From Thermodesulfovibrionia bacterium (GTDB lineage Bacteria > Nitrospirota > Thermodesulfovibrionia > UBA6902 > BMS3Bbin08), in assembly GCA_030694425.1 (NCBI GenBank), contig JAUXYI010000011.1, forward strand, positions 14,301-78,300: a stretch of 64,000 nt of DNA, given 5' to 3'. The position numbers and the translations under genes were made by a program. The notes below the pieces were generated by a model, which saw only the letters and a list, made by a program, of their open reading frames with translations, searched no databases and was not told the DNA's origin. How positions within the stretch are numbered: position 1 is the stretch's first letter; each line of letters opens with the position of its first letter. Positions 29,564 through 39,714 of the stretch are shown here, one piece after another.

Positions 29564-29941
29564 CTATTTGTTTAAAACTTCTTTTACCTTTTTAACAACT
29601 TCATTTGGAGTTGTTGTTGTTTTTACTAGGTAGCCGTCAGCGCCGAGGTTAACGGCCTTTTCAATTTCTTCAGCCTGGCCCCTGGAAGAAAAAATTATAA
29701 CAGGAATTGAAGAAAAAATGGGATTTGCCTTCACAGCCTGTAAAACCTTAAACCCGTCCATTACAGGCATGTTAAGGTCAAGGAGTATAAGGTCAGGTTT
29801 TTCCTCTGACAGGCTTTTTATTGCCTCCAGACCGTTATCAGCAGTTTTTACCTCATAACCTTCAGACATAAGCTTGCTTTTGTAGATGCTCTGGAACATT
29901 TTTGTATCATCTACAAAAAGAATCTTATTTTGTTTTGGCAT
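29564..29941 (-). CDS. Single-domain response regulator (CheY-like receiver)
   Basis: 125 aa; ILFVDD...DLILLDLNMP phospho-acceptor Asp context. Confidence 0.85.
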   Translation of the reverse strand: MPKQNKILFVDDTKMFQSIYKSKLMSEGYEVKTADNGLEAIKSLSEEKPDLILLDLNMPVMDGFKVLQAVKANPIFSSIPVIIFSSRGQAEEIEKAVNLGADGYLVKTTTTPNEVVKKVKEVLNK

Positions 29942-29975
29942 CCCAAGCCTCCTTTTATGATATGAGATATTTAAT

Positions 29976-31367
29976 TTATCTCACGTTTTCTATTATATCC
30001 TTGAGTTTAGACTCAACAAAATTTCTTATCTCTGAAAGTCTCTTCTCATCTTTTGCCTCGAACCTTAAAACCAGTGCGGGCTGCGTATTGGATGCTCTGA
30101 TTAATGCCCAACCATCGTCAAATTTTATCCTTATCCCGTCAATGGTATTAGCAGGATATTCCTTAAATGCATCTTTAGCCTTTTCAACAATTTTAAATTT
30201 TATCTCATCAGGACAGTCAAACCTTATCTCAGGTGTTGCAGTCATGCGCGGCGCGTCCTTTAAGAGCGCCTTTGAGCTATAAGGCTCTCCGGCTTTTTTA
30301 ATTATCTCCAGAAGTCTCAGGCTTGCGTAAATAGCATCGTCATAGCCAAAATATTTATCAGCAAAAAACAGGTGCCCGCTCATTTCCCCTGCGAGCAGGG
30401 CATGTTCTTTTTTGAGTTTTTCCTTTATAAGCGAATGCCCTGTCTTCCACATAATAGGTATTCCGCCGTGTGCGGAGATATCATCATAAAGAGTCTGGGA
30501 ACATTTTACTTCACCAATTATCTTTGCTCCGGGGTGTTCTTTTAAAATCTCCCTGGAAAAAATAATCATGAGCCCATCTCCCCATATAATTTCTCCGTCT
30601 TCATTAACAATGCCAATCCTGTCTGCGTCACCGTCATAGCCGATACCGACATGTGACTTTGTTTCCTTTACTTTTGCAACCAAATCAACAAGATTCTTCT
30701 CCACTACCGGGTCAGGGTGATGATTTGGAAACCTTCCGTCAGGCTCGCAGTACAGTTCAAAAACCTCTGCGCCTAAAAATTTTAAAAGCCTTGGCGCAAC
30801 AAGACCAGCCGTACCATTGCCGGGGTCAATAACTACTTTAATGCCTGACAGGGTCTGAAATTTATCTTTTAGAAAATCAAAATAATCATCAATTATCGGG
30901 TAACTCTCAATCGTGCCGCTTCCATTTCTAAAATCTTTTGCCTCTATAATTTTTCTGATAACCTGAATATTATCTCCAAAAAGCGTTTCCTTCATTACAC
31001 TTAATTTAAACCCGTTGAACTCCGGCGGGTTATGGCTCCCTGTAATCATAACTCCGCCATTAACAGAAAGTTTAAATAAAGAATAATATTGAAGCGGAGT
31101 AGGACACATGCCGAGGTCTATGACATCAATGCCTGAGCTGTTCAGTCCCTTTACCAGACTATCTCTGATTGCGGGGGAATGCAGCCTTGCATCCCATCCA
31201 ACAGTAACTTTTGCTTTATTTTTATTTATGGATTTTAATAGATAAGTCGAAAATGCTTTGCCTATAAGTTCTGCAACCTCGCCTGTCAAATCTTTCCCCC
31301 AGATGCCCCTTATGTCGTATTGTCTGAAAATATCAGGGTTTACCATAAAATTTTTTTGCCCTTTCAA
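29976..31367 (-). CDS. Phosphoglucomutase/phosphomannomutase
   Basis: TGSHNPPEFNGFK active-site serine loop; probable start MVNPDIF at 31346; its first 19 codons plus upstream region are duplicated at 32190-32330. Confidence 0.85.
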   Translation of the reverse strand: MKGQKNFMVNPDIFRQYDIRGIWGKDLTGEVAELIGKAFSTYLLKSINKNKAKVTVGWDARLHSPAIRDSLVKGLNSSGIDVIDLGMCPTPLQYYSLFKLSVNGGVMITGSHNPPEFNGFKLSVMKETLFGDNIQVIRKIIEAKDFRNGSGTIESYPIIDDYFDFLKDKFQTLSGIKVVIDPGNGTAGLVAPRLLKFLGAEVFELYCEPDGRFPNHHPDPVVEKNLVDLVAKVKETKSHVGIGYDGDADRIGIVNEDGEIIWGDGLMIIFSREILKEHPGAKIIGEVKCSQTLYDDISAHGGIPIMWKTGHSLIKEKLKKEHALLAGEMSGHLFFADKYFGYDDAIYASLRLLEIIKKAGEPYSSKALLKDAPRMTATPEIRFDCPDEIKFKIVEKAKDAFKEYPANTIDGIRIKFDDGWALIRASNTQPALVLRFEAKDEKRLSEIRNFVESKLKDIIENVR

Positions 31368-31430
31368 CGGTTTTTTATTTGTAAAAATTGTTATATATTA
31401 TCACACGGGATAATGAAAAAAGAATAGAAA
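31290..31430. repeat. 140-bp direct repeat, copy A (PGM 5' end plus upstream)
   Basis: About 90% identical to 32190-32330, spaced exactly 900 bp. Confidence 0.85.
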
Positions 31431-31464
31431 GTGAACATGAGGCATTCGAGAAATACTCTTTTTT

Positions 31465-31526
31465 GTCACCCTGAGCGAAGTGAAGGGTCTTACAACATCA
31501 TGATTTTATGAGATTCTTCACTTCGT
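31465..31526. mobile_element. MITE-like element (GTCACCCTGAGCGAAGTGAAGGGTCT ... AGATTCTTCACTTCGTTCAGAATGAC)
   Basis: Imperfect 26-nt inverted arms; related to the copy at 44769-44838. Confidence 0.7.
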
Positions 31527-31610
31527 TCAGAATGACATTTTTTTGCATTATTGCTATTTCTCGAAAGTCTCAACCTCTCACCTTAAAGTTTAATCCTATA
31601 GCGCTAAGTT

Positions 31611-32117
31611 CTATAAATCTTGAGCTAAAATCACATTAGAAAAATTTGAATAATTTTTCGTTATCAGATAATCATCTTTTAATTTCAGACAATTAGCAAC
31701 TCGATGCAATCGGTTTATATCAGAAACTAAAGCTGTAATTTTTGCTTCAAAAGCACTTTTTTTATCAAGGATAAAATCAACTTCTGGTCCCTTATACTTT
31801 TGATAGTAATTTAAATTTCCATATTTTTTTAGATTATGAAAGACAAAATTTTCAAAAATAGTTCCTTCTGAAACCTTACCTAAATAATTTAAAAGTCCAT
31901 TGTCACAAAAATATACTTTTTTAGCGCCCCTCACCTCCCCATCTATATTTCTGGTAAAAGGATTAATAAAAAAAATAAAATATGTTTTTTCTAAAAAATT
32001 AAGATAGGAGTATACCGTTTCCCTGGAGATACCAAGTTCAGAAGCAATTTTACTTATCTCAAGTTTTGAACCTATACGACTGGTTAATAGTAAAATCAAA
32101 TCCCGAAGCTTTCCCAA
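31611..32117 (-). pseudogene. C-terminal fragment of a DUF4143-type AAA+ ATPase (wHTH plus KxYFxDxGL module); lacks the ATPase N-terminal domain
   Basis: 168 aa with TTG start; KVYFCDNGLLNYL motif; sits between 140-bp direct repeats. Confidence 0.55.
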
Positions 32118-32189
32118 TTCTTGATATTGTCAACTATTATTAGACAAATTTGGAACAAATTTGTTTGCCCTTGCTTCGCCAATAGACAC

Positions 32190-32330
32190 ATCTTTCCCCC
32201 AGATGCCCCTTATGTCGTATTGTCTGAAAATATCAGGGTTTATCATAAAGTTTTTTTGTCCTTTCAGCAATTTTTTATTTGTAAAAATTGGTATATTTTA
32301 TCACAAGTTATTGGAAAAAAAGAATGTCTA
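32190..32330. repeat. 140-bp direct repeat, copy B
   Basis: See 31290-31430; encodes a degenerate PGM N-terminus MINPDIFRQYDIRGIWGKD... then a frameshift/stop. Confidence 0.85.
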
Positions 32331-32355
32331 ATAGTTCAGATGTTGTTTGGATTAA

Positions 32356-33522
32356 TCAGACGCTGACAGATGCTTCTTTTTCTTTTGCCCTGGTTGCCTT
32401 TTTAGCCTCAGATGCCTGTAAAACTTCGGGATAATTGAATGTCCCAATAATTGCGACTACAGGACATTTTGCAGTGCATATACCGCAGCCAATACATTTA
32501 TTCTGATCTATTACGTGCAGTTTCTTGAGTTCGCCAGAAGGTGCATTTACAGGACAAACCTTGGTGCAGATTGCACATCCAATACATTTGTCAGTAACAA
32601 CAGCCTTTGGTCTGTGCGGTATGTAATCCATAATTGCATTTGTAGGACACTTTGCAACACAGAGGCCGCAGACTTTGCATTTATCAAGGTTAATTCTTGA
32701 GAAATTATTCTCAACCACTGGTGCATTGTAAGGACAAACTTTCACACATATACCACAACCCGTACAACCTACCTGACAATTCTTCCTTGCAACAGCCCCC
32801 TTGTCTTTCGAATGACACCTTACAAGTACTTCCTTTGCTGATGGCAAAATTTCAATAACTTTTTTGGGACACGCCTGAGCGCATTTCCCGCAAGCAGTGC
32901 ATTTTACAGGGTCTATTATCGGCAGGTAATCATCACTCATTATTATGGCTCCGAAGGGACAGACCCTTGCGCATGTCCCGTAGCCAAGGCAGCCGTAAAC
33001 ACACGATTTATCTCCTCCGCTGGCAAGCACAGCAGCCCTGCAATCTTCTATCCCTTCATATTTAAATCTGCGCACGGATTTTGAGAGTCCTCCCTGACAA
33101 AATATTCGGGCTATCCGTTGCTCTAACTCTTTTGCCTCTTTCCCTGTTATGTGAGCAACAGCCTTTGCCACAGAGGCACCACCAGGGGTGCACAGGTTTG
33201 GTGCAACATCAGGATTTAAAACAACTGCCTCTGCATATTGCTGGCACCCTGCATATCCGCATGCGCCGCAGTGGGCGCTGGCAAGGACGCCGGCTACCTC
33301 TTCAATCCGCGGGTCAAGGTGGACTGCGAATTTCTTTGCGGCGAAGGCAAGCCCGAGGCCAAAAACCGCGCTAATACCTGCAAGAAAAACCAATGTGAAT
33401 TTTAGCAATGGTAACAGATCAACCTGTTCCTTTGCATCAATCGCCCCACCCACTCCGGCATAAAGAGGAGAAGATAAGAAGAGCAATAGAGCAGTAGTAA
33501 TTAACCCTGCCTTTTTTATCAT
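32356..33522 (-). CDS. rnfB: Rnf complex subunit B with extended polyferredoxin C-terminus
   Basis: N-terminal membrane anchor, CGACGYAGC motif, multiple CxxCxxCxxxCP 4Fe-4S motifs. Confidence 0.85.
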   Translation of the reverse strand: MIKKAGLITTALLLFLSSPLYAGVGGAIDAKEQVDLLPLLKFTLVFLAGISAVFGLGLAFAAKKFAVHLDPRIEEVAGVLASAHCGACGYAGCQQYAEAVVLNPDVAPNLCTPGGASVAKAVAHITGKEAKELEQRIARIFCQGGLSKSVRRFKYEGIEDCRAAVLASGGDKSCVYGCLGYGTCARVCPFGAIIMSDDYLPIIDPVKCTACGKCAQACPKKVIEILPSAKEVLVRCHSKDKGAVARKNCQVGCTGCGICVKVCPYNAPVVENNFSRINLDKCKVCGLCVAKCPTNAIMDYIPHRPKAVVTDKCIGCAICTKVCPVNAPSGELKKLHVIDQNKCIGCGICTAKCPVVAIIGTFNYPEVLQASEAKKATRAKEKEASVSV

Positions 33523-33580
33523 TGTTATACCCCTTCTATATAGTAAAAGTAATTAGTACCAAGGGACAACCGCTCTTTCT

Positions 33581-33680
33581 CCCGATGGACGATGGACGCC
33601 TCGTTCCTTCGTCTATCGTCCTTCGTCTATCGTCTATCGTCCTTCGTCCCTCTTCCTTCGTCTATCGTCTATCATTTCAC
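33581..33680. repeat. Tandem heptamer array (CGTCTAT / CGTCCTT, about 12 units) in the rnfA-rnfB spacer
   Basis: cgtccttcgtctatcgtctatcgtccttcgtccctcttccttcgtctatcgtctatc. Confidence 0.85.
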
Positions 33681-34270
33681 AGCGTTATCAGCCCTGAGAA
33701 ACCCGCAAATGCCAGCGCTATCAGCCCTGCAACTACAAAGGCGATAGGCAGTCCTTTAAAGGCATGAGGGACATCAGCGAGTTCGAGTTTCTCACGAATG
33801 CTCGCCATTATTATCAGTGCCAGTGAAAATCCTATCCCTGCACCCATGCCAAAGGCGAGGCTCTCTATAAAGCTGTATTTATCACGGGCATTGATCAGGG
33901 GTACTGCTAAGATAACGCAGTTGGTCGTTATAAGGGCAAGGTAGATACCGAGCTTATAGTAAAGGACCGGCGCTGTCTTTCTCATTATGGTATCTGTTGC
34001 CTGTACAAAGCCTGCCACAATACCGATGAATATAATGATCTGGAGGAATGTTATGCCGAGGGGAATCATTAAATAGTTAAACACAACCCAGCTTAGTGCA
34101 GAGGCTATTACCATCACGGATGTGAAGGTAATACTCATACCTACTGCGGTATCCATCTTCTTGGAGACACCGAAGAATATGCAGAGCCCGAGATATAATG
34201 TAAAGACAAAATTGTTTATTAAGGATGCTGCTATGAATATCTCAAAAAGCCTTGTAAAATCTAAGTTCAT
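33677..34270 (-). CDS. rnfA: Rnf complex subunit A
   Basis: 197 aa polytopic; RnfA/NqrE family. Confidence 0.9.
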   Translation of the reverse strand: MNLDFTRLFEIFIAASLINNFVFTLYLGLCIFFGVSKKMDTAVGMSITFTSVMVIASALSWVVFNYLMIPLGITFLQIIIFIGIVAGFVQATDTIMRKTAPVLYYKLGIYLALITTNCVILAVPLINARDKYSFIESLAFGMGAGIGFSLALIIMASIREKLELADVPHAFKGLPIAFVVAGLIALAFAGFSGLITL

Positions 34271-34288
34271 TATATTCCTCCCTGATTA

Positions 34289-34915
34289 TCAATGACTTGA
34301 TGACTTCTTCTTTGAATACTTCCTGTCTATCCAGTTAAAACATGCCATCAATATCCCCACCGCAAAAAAACCACCCGTGGGCAGCATCATTATAAATACA
34401 GGTCTTGTATCAACAATCTGGAAGCCGAATACCGACCCACTACCCAGCAGCTCTCTGAAAAAGCTTATCGTCACAAGGGCAATCAAAAATCCGAGCCCCA
34501 TACCTATGCCATCAAACATTGAAGGCATGACAGGGTTTTTGCTTCCGAACATCTCTGCCCTCGCCAGGATGGATGCAAAGGCTACTATCAGTTGTATATA
34601 CAGGCCCATCACCGCATAAGCTTCCCTCGCATAAGCTGCCATCATGAGGTCGGTGACAGTCACCCATGTTGCGATTACGAGCATAATGATGGGAAGCCTG
34701 ATTCTCTGGTGAATGAATCTCCTTATCAGCGAAACAGTAATTCCCACCATTGTATGGACGAATAAAACGGCAATTCCCATTAACAGTCCGTATTTTACCT
34801 TGCTCGTTACCGCAAGGGCAGGACAGAGGCTCAGAGCGAGCCTGAATATAATATTCTCTGAGATGATCCCGTTCTTTATGAGCTCCCAATAGCTGACTTC
34901 ATGATGGTATTTCAT
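34289..34915 (-). CDS. rnfE: Rnf complex subunit E
   Basis: 208 aa polytopic; RnfE/NqrD family. Confidence 0.9.
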   Translation of the reverse strand: MKYHHEVSYWELIKNGIISENIIFRLALSLCPALAVTSKVKYGLLMGIAVLFVHTMVGITVSLIRRFIHQRIRLPIIMLVIATWVTVTDLMMAAYAREAYAVMGLYIQLIVAFASILARAEMFGSKNPVMPSMFDGIGMGLGFLIALVTISFFRELLGSGSVFGFQIVDTRPVFIMMLPTGGFFAVGILMACFNWIDRKYSKKKSSSH

Positions 34916-35481
34916 TTCCCGGCACCTCCCTCTATTGTATCAGTGAGGAATGCGAGCCCATCCCTCGTGCCTGTTGTGACACCCCTTGATGAAACGGTTG
35001 CGCCTGTGACTGCCTGTACATGTTCTGTTGTTTCAACCTTAACGAGTTTTAGATTCCCCAGCCCCTTCGCTTTAAACTGGTCTAAAAATTTGTCAGAGGC
35101 GACATCCTCTATAAATCCTGGTGTTTCTTTATGGCTCAATATCCTCACCTTCTGGATCTTTAAGTCCCTGTCAACAGCAACGAGGAGGCTCATGTAGCCG
35201 CCAAATCCTTTGCCATAGGACTGTACTATGTAACCTGTTGTATCATCTCCCTTTTTTACAGAAAAGTATTCTGCCGGTTTATCCCGAAACGTCCAGTCTC
35301 CTAATTTTTCTATCTTATCTGCCTCTGGGACTATCTCTCTTAATGCCTGCTCCTTTTCCATCTTACTGAACTTATATATGACGGGGGAGGTCACCGAATA
35401 AACCATAGCAAGCACGATACCGCCAATAAGATATATAACAACGAGGGTCAATGTAATCTTTAAGATGTCCCTGCCCGTCAT
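34912..35481 (-). CDS. rnfG: Rnf complex subunit G (FMN-binding)
   Basis: 189 aa; N-terminal TM, SGATVSS flavin attachment motif. Confidence 0.85.
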   Translation of the reverse strand: MTGRDILKITLTLVVIYLIGGIVLAMVYSVTSPVIYKFSKMEKEQALREIVPEADKIEKLGDWTFRDKPAEYFSVKKGDDTTGYIVQSYGKGFGGYMSLLVAVDRDLKIQKVRILSHKETPGFIEDVASDKFLDQFKAKGLGNLKLVKVETTEHVQAVTGATVSSRGVTTGTRDGLAFLTDTIEGGAGK

Positions 35482-36524
35482 CCCTTTGTCTCCTTTACAG
35501 CGCCGAAGACTTTAGTTTTGAAGCCTCTGTCAATAAGAGGAGCGAAGCAGTTCATAAGAAGTATTGCAAACATCACACCTTCAGGGTAGGCTCCCTTAAG
35601 CCTTATGAGCATTGTAAGGGCACCACAGCCCAGTCCGAAGATAATCTGCCCTTTTCTTATAGAGGGACATGTCACATAATCAGTCGCCATAAAGAATGCA
35701 CCGAGAATTAGTCCACCGCTGAGGAGATGAAATGCCGGGTCTCCTGCAAATAGCAGCATCTTTCCTGTCTCAGGGTTTTTGCCGCCGAAGACCCATGCGA
35801 GAACTGCTACTGAACAGAGAAATGACACTGGTATGTGCCATGTAATGTATCGCTTATAGAGAAGAAATGCCGCACCTAAAAGCAAGGCTATTACGGATGT
35901 TTCTCCGAGGGAGCCTGCCCTGTTACCAATAAGAAGCTGTGTATAAAGGGTAGCCTTATCACCAAAGACCTCCATCAATTTTCCGATTCCATCTTCCTTC
36001 AATATGGCGAGGGGTGTTGCTGTTGTCCTTGCATCAAAGGCAAGGAATGCTGCTGTTGGCTCATCCCATATTGACATTGCCCTCGGCCACGAGACCATGA
36101 GAAATGCCCTGCCGATAAGTGCAGGATTGAATATATTGTAGCCCAGTCCCCCGAAGAGCTGTTTTGTTATGACTATAGCCACGAAAGAGCCTATTATAGG
36201 CACATGGATCAGGAATGGATTGAATGACCAGAGTAATGGCGGAAGATTCATACCAAGGAGCAGCCCTGTTAAAAATGCACTGCCATCGTTTACAGTGATT
36301 TTCTTTTTAAGTGCCTTTTGATAGAAATACTCTGATAAAACCGCAGTCACAATACAGAGACCTGTAACAAAGATCGCCCTTGGACCAAAGTAATATAATG
36401 ACATGATAAAAGCTGGCAGAAGGGCAAGATTAACAGTCCACATGATGCGGCTGATTGATTCTTCGCCTTTAACATGCGGACTGACTGATACTATAAGTTC
36501 ATGTTCTTTTTTTTCAGTAGCCAA
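35478..36524 (-). CDS. rnfD: Rnf complex subunit D
   Basis: 348 aa; NqrB/RnfD family. Confidence 0.9.
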   Translation of the reverse strand: MATEKKEHELIVSVSPHVKGEESISRIMWTVNLALLPAFIMSLYYFGPRAIFVTGLCIVTAVLSEYFYQKALKKKITVNDGSAFLTGLLLGMNLPPLLWSFNPFLIHVPIIGSFVAIVITKQLFGGLGYNIFNPALIGRAFLMVSWPRAMSIWDEPTAAFLAFDARTTATPLAILKEDGIGKLMEVFGDKATLYTQLLIGNRAGSLGETSVIALLLGAAFLLYKRYITWHIPVSFLCSVAVLAWVFGGKNPETGKMLLFAGDPAFHLLSGGLILGAFFMATDYVTCPSIRKGQIIFGLGCGALTMLIRLKGAYPEGVMFAILLMNCFAPLIDRGFKTKVFGAVKETKG

Positions 36525-36549
36525 TTAACCTCCACGCCTTTTGTCTTCT

Positions 36550-36626
36550 GTCATTCCGAGCGAAGCGAGGAATCTCTCTTTGAGATTGCCACGTCGTCCC
36601 GAAGCATCGGGACTCCTCGCAATGAC
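36550..36626. mobile_element. MITE-like element (GTCATTCCGAGCGAAGCGAGGAATC ... TCCCGAAGCATCGGGA ... CTCCTCGCAATGAC)
   Basis: Between rnfC and rnfD; contains the palindromic module tcccgaagcatcggga. Confidence 0.7.
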
Positions 36627-36704
36627 AACAATAGAAGAATCGCATAACTTAAAATTTTTTCTTCCACAATTTTTATTTTTAATTTTTGAGTTTTAATTTT
36701 TTCT

Positions 36705-38015
36705 TTATGGTTTCACCATAGATTTAGCAAGTCTCATAAATTGCACCATGGGTCTATTAGCAGGACAAACAAACGCACATGAGCCGCATTCAAAACAGTC
36801 AAATAAATTATATTCTTTTGTTTCTTCATATCGTCCTTTTTCCGACAATATACTCAGCATTGAAGGATTAAGCCCCATAGGACATACATCAATGCAGTTG
36901 CCGCATCTAATACAGGGGAAATACTCTTCTGAAGAAACATATTCATCTTCTGTAAGGACTAAAATTCCTGATGTGCCTTTTACAACAGGAACATCAAGGC
37001 TCCATTGCGCAAACCCCATCATGGGACCGCCGACTATTACCTTGACCGCTCCATCAACAAGGCCGCCGCATTGTCCTACAACATCTGATATAAGCGTCCC
37101 GATCCTTACCATAAGATTCTTTGGCTCTTTTATTCCCTTACCCGTAACAGTCACAACCCTTTCTATCAATGGCTTGCCATATTTTACTGCTTCATAAATA
37201 GCAAGCGCTGTTCCAACGTTCTGTACGACAACACCAACATCCATCGGGAGTCCCCTACTTGGAACCTCCCTGCCCTTTATCGCTTTAATCAGCATCTTTT
37301 CAGCGCCCTGCGGATATTTCACCTCAAGAGAGCGAATCTCAATATTTGACTCTTTAGAAACAACCTCCCTCATTTTTTCCAAGGCATCAGGTTTATTTTC
37401 CTCTATACCTATATAACCTTTATTAACGCCGAGAGTCTTCATTATTATTTCCAAACCCCCAACTATTTCCCGGGGATGCTCTACCATCAGCCTGTGGTCA
37501 GCAGTCAGGTAAGGCTCGCATTCAGCGCCATTTAGTATAACCGTGTCTATGGGCTTTTCTTTTGGAGGTGAAAGTTTTACATTTGTAGGAAATGCCGCGC
37601 CACCGAGGCCGACTATACCCGCATCTTTTATAATAGCCTTGATTTCCTCAACGCCCAGACTCATATAATCAACATTTTCTTTGAAGGATATGCTCTCGTC
37701 TTTTCCATCACTTTCAATTACCACTGATGATATCATTCTGCCAGATGGATGAAGGAACTCAGCTATGGCTGTTACTTTCCCTGATATAGAGGCATGGACA
37801 GGCGCAGAGACAAAACCTGACGGAGAACCTATAAGCTGTCCTCTTTTAACTTCATCGCCTAAATTTACTTCTGGTTTTGCAGGCGCTCCTGTGTGCTGGC
37901 TTAGCGGAATTACTACCCTTACAGGCAGCTGCGCTGATGTGATAGGTTTATTTGAGGTTATTTCTTTTTGGTACTCAGGGTGTATCCCTCTTTCAAACGT
38001 AGCAGTTTTAACCAT
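36705..38015 (-). CDS. rnfC: Rnf complex subunit C
   Basis: 436 aa; NADH/FMN-binding GLGGAAFPT..., 2x 4Fe-4S Cys clusters. Confidence 0.9.
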   Translation of the reverse strand: MVKTATFERGIHPEYQKEITSNKPITSAQLPVRVVIPLSQHTGAPAKPEVNLGDEVKRGQLIGSPSGFVSAPVHASISGKVTAIAEFLHPSGRMISSVVIESDGKDESISFKENVDYMSLGVEEIKAIIKDAGIVGLGGAAFPTNVKLSPPKEKPIDTVILNGAECEPYLTADHRLMVEHPREIVGGLEIIMKTLGVNKGYIGIEENKPDALEKMREVVSKESNIEIRSLEVKYPQGAEKMLIKAIKGREVPSRGLPMDVGVVVQNVGTALAIYEAVKYGKPLIERVVTVTGKGIKEPKNLMVRIGTLISDVVGQCGGLVDGAVKVIVGGPMMGFAQWSLDVPVVKGTSGILVLTEDEYVSSEEYFPCIRCGNCIDVCPMGLNPSMLSILSEKGRYEETKEYNLFDCFECGSCAFVCPANRPMVQFMRLAKSMVKP

Positions 38016-38425
38016 TATTTTTCTGCTCCCTTAAATGATGCGCCTGAAATATAAAATAGGAAGTCTTAAATTTTTGTTATAACAGTATAAGTTATACTTT
38101 TTAAAGAAAATTTAAGAAAAACGTTTATTGATAACATTTATCTATTTTTAATGTCAAGTGAAATAGTAATTAAATATCATAACTTTAAAAAGCAACATAA
38201 AACCAAAAAATTATTTTTACTATTGACAAATTAAAATTATTTTAGTATCGTTATATTATTAGGTTAAAGTTCTTCTTTTAAAATCCCTTTTTATTGAAAG
38301 GTTAAAAACCTCTCTACGAGTCATAGACCGGAAAGTATTTTCTAACAATAAAATATGTTTTCCCCGAAGGAAAAGAAGTTATAACCCTAAAATGAGCAAG
38401 CCAAAAAAATCAAGGAGATAGTATT

Positions 38426-39709
38426 ATGGACAAAACCACTAAAAATCCCGCCGAAGGGACAAATATCGCTGAGCTCAAGGAAAAGACTATTGATGAACTC
38501 ACGAAAATAGCAAAGGAATTGAATGTTGAAGGAGCAAGAGGACTCAGAAAGCAGGACCTCATCTTTGCAATATTACAGGCTCAGACAGAAAAAACAGGGC
38601 TCATCTTCGGGGAAGGTGTGCTTGAAATCCTTCCTGATGGTTTTGGTTTCCTCCGCTCATCTGACTACAGTTATCTGCCGGGTCCTGATGATATATATGT
38701 TTCACCTTCTCAGATAAGGAGATTTAATCTCAGAACAGGCGACCTCGTTACCGGACAGATTAGACCGCCAAAAGAAAGTGAAAGATACTTTGCCCTCCTT
38801 AAGGTTGAAGCCATAAACCATGAATCCCCTGAGGATAACATTGACAGACCGCTTTTTGATAACCTTATTCCTTATTATCCAACTGATAAGATAAAGCTTG
38901 AATATGATAAAGATGATTATTCCACAAGAGTTATGGACCTTATTACCCCGATAGGCATGGGGCAGAGGGGAATGGTTGTTGCTGCACCAAGAACCGGGAA
39001 GACGATGCTGCTTCAGTCCATAGCAAAAGCAGTCAAAAAGAATCACCCTGAAATTCATCTTATAATACTTCTTATAGATGAGAGACCTGAAGAGGTTACA
39101 GACTGGAAAAGGCAGGTAACCTCTGCTGAGATAATAAGCTCCACATTTGATGAGCCTCCCCAAAGACACTGCCAGGTCTCTGAAATGGTCATTGACCGGG
39201 CAAAGAGGCTTGTTGAAACAAAAAAGAATGTTGTCATCCTTCTTGATTCAATAACCCGACTTGCAAGGGCATACAACGCAGTTATTCCTGCAAGCGGCAA
39301 GGTATTATCAGGAGGTCTTGATTCCAACGCCCTTCAGAGACCCAAAAGGTTTTTTGGAACCGCAAGAAATATAGAAGGCGGGGGAAGCCTCACAATACTT
39401 GCAACTGCGCTTGTTGACACAGGCAGCAGGATGGATGATGTTATTTTCGAGGAATTCAAAGGTACAGGAAACATGGAATTGCATCTTGACAGAAAACTTG
39501 TTGGCAAGAGGATATTCCCGAGCATTGACATCAATGCCTCAGGAACAAGGAAAGAAGAACTCCTTGTAGATAAAAACGTGCTTAACAGAATATGGATTTT
39601 AAGAAAGGTGCTCGCCTCATTAAGCACTGTTGAAAGCATGGAATTCCTGCTCGGTAAACTCACCGGGACAAAGACCAATAAAGAGTTCTTTGATATGATG
39701 AATAAGTAG
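38426..39709 (+). CDS. rho: Transcription termination factor Rho
   Basis: 427 aa; N-terminal RNA-binding domain, Walker [16 protein letters not shown]. Confidence 0.95.
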   Translation: MDKTTKNPAEGTNIAELKEKTIDELTKIAKELNVEGARGLRKQDLIFAILQAQTEKTGLIFGEGVLEILPDGFGFLRSSDYSYLPGPDDIYVSPSQIRRFNLRTGDLVTGQIRPPKESERYFALLKVEAINHESPEDNIDRPLFDNLIPYYPTDKIKLEYDKDDYSTRVMDLITPIGMGQRGMVVAAPRTGKTMLLQSIAKAVKKNHPEIHLIILLIDERPEEVTDWKRQVTSAEIISSTFDEPPQRHCQVSEMVIDRAKRLVETKKNVVILLDSITRLARAYNAVIPASGKVLSGGLDSNALQRPKRFFGTARNIEGGGSLTILATALVDTGSRMDDVIFEEFKGTGNMELHLDRKLVGKRIFPSIDINASGTRKEELLVDKNVLNRIWILRKVLASLSTVESMEFLLGKLTGTKTNKEFFDMMNK

Positions 39710-39714
39710 AGAAA

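Noticed and set aside
33522-33767. 81-aa plus-strand ORF between rnfB and rnfA
   Set aside because: It is encoded by the heptamer tandem array (SSIVLRLSSIVLRPSS) and is antisense to the rnfA 3' end.
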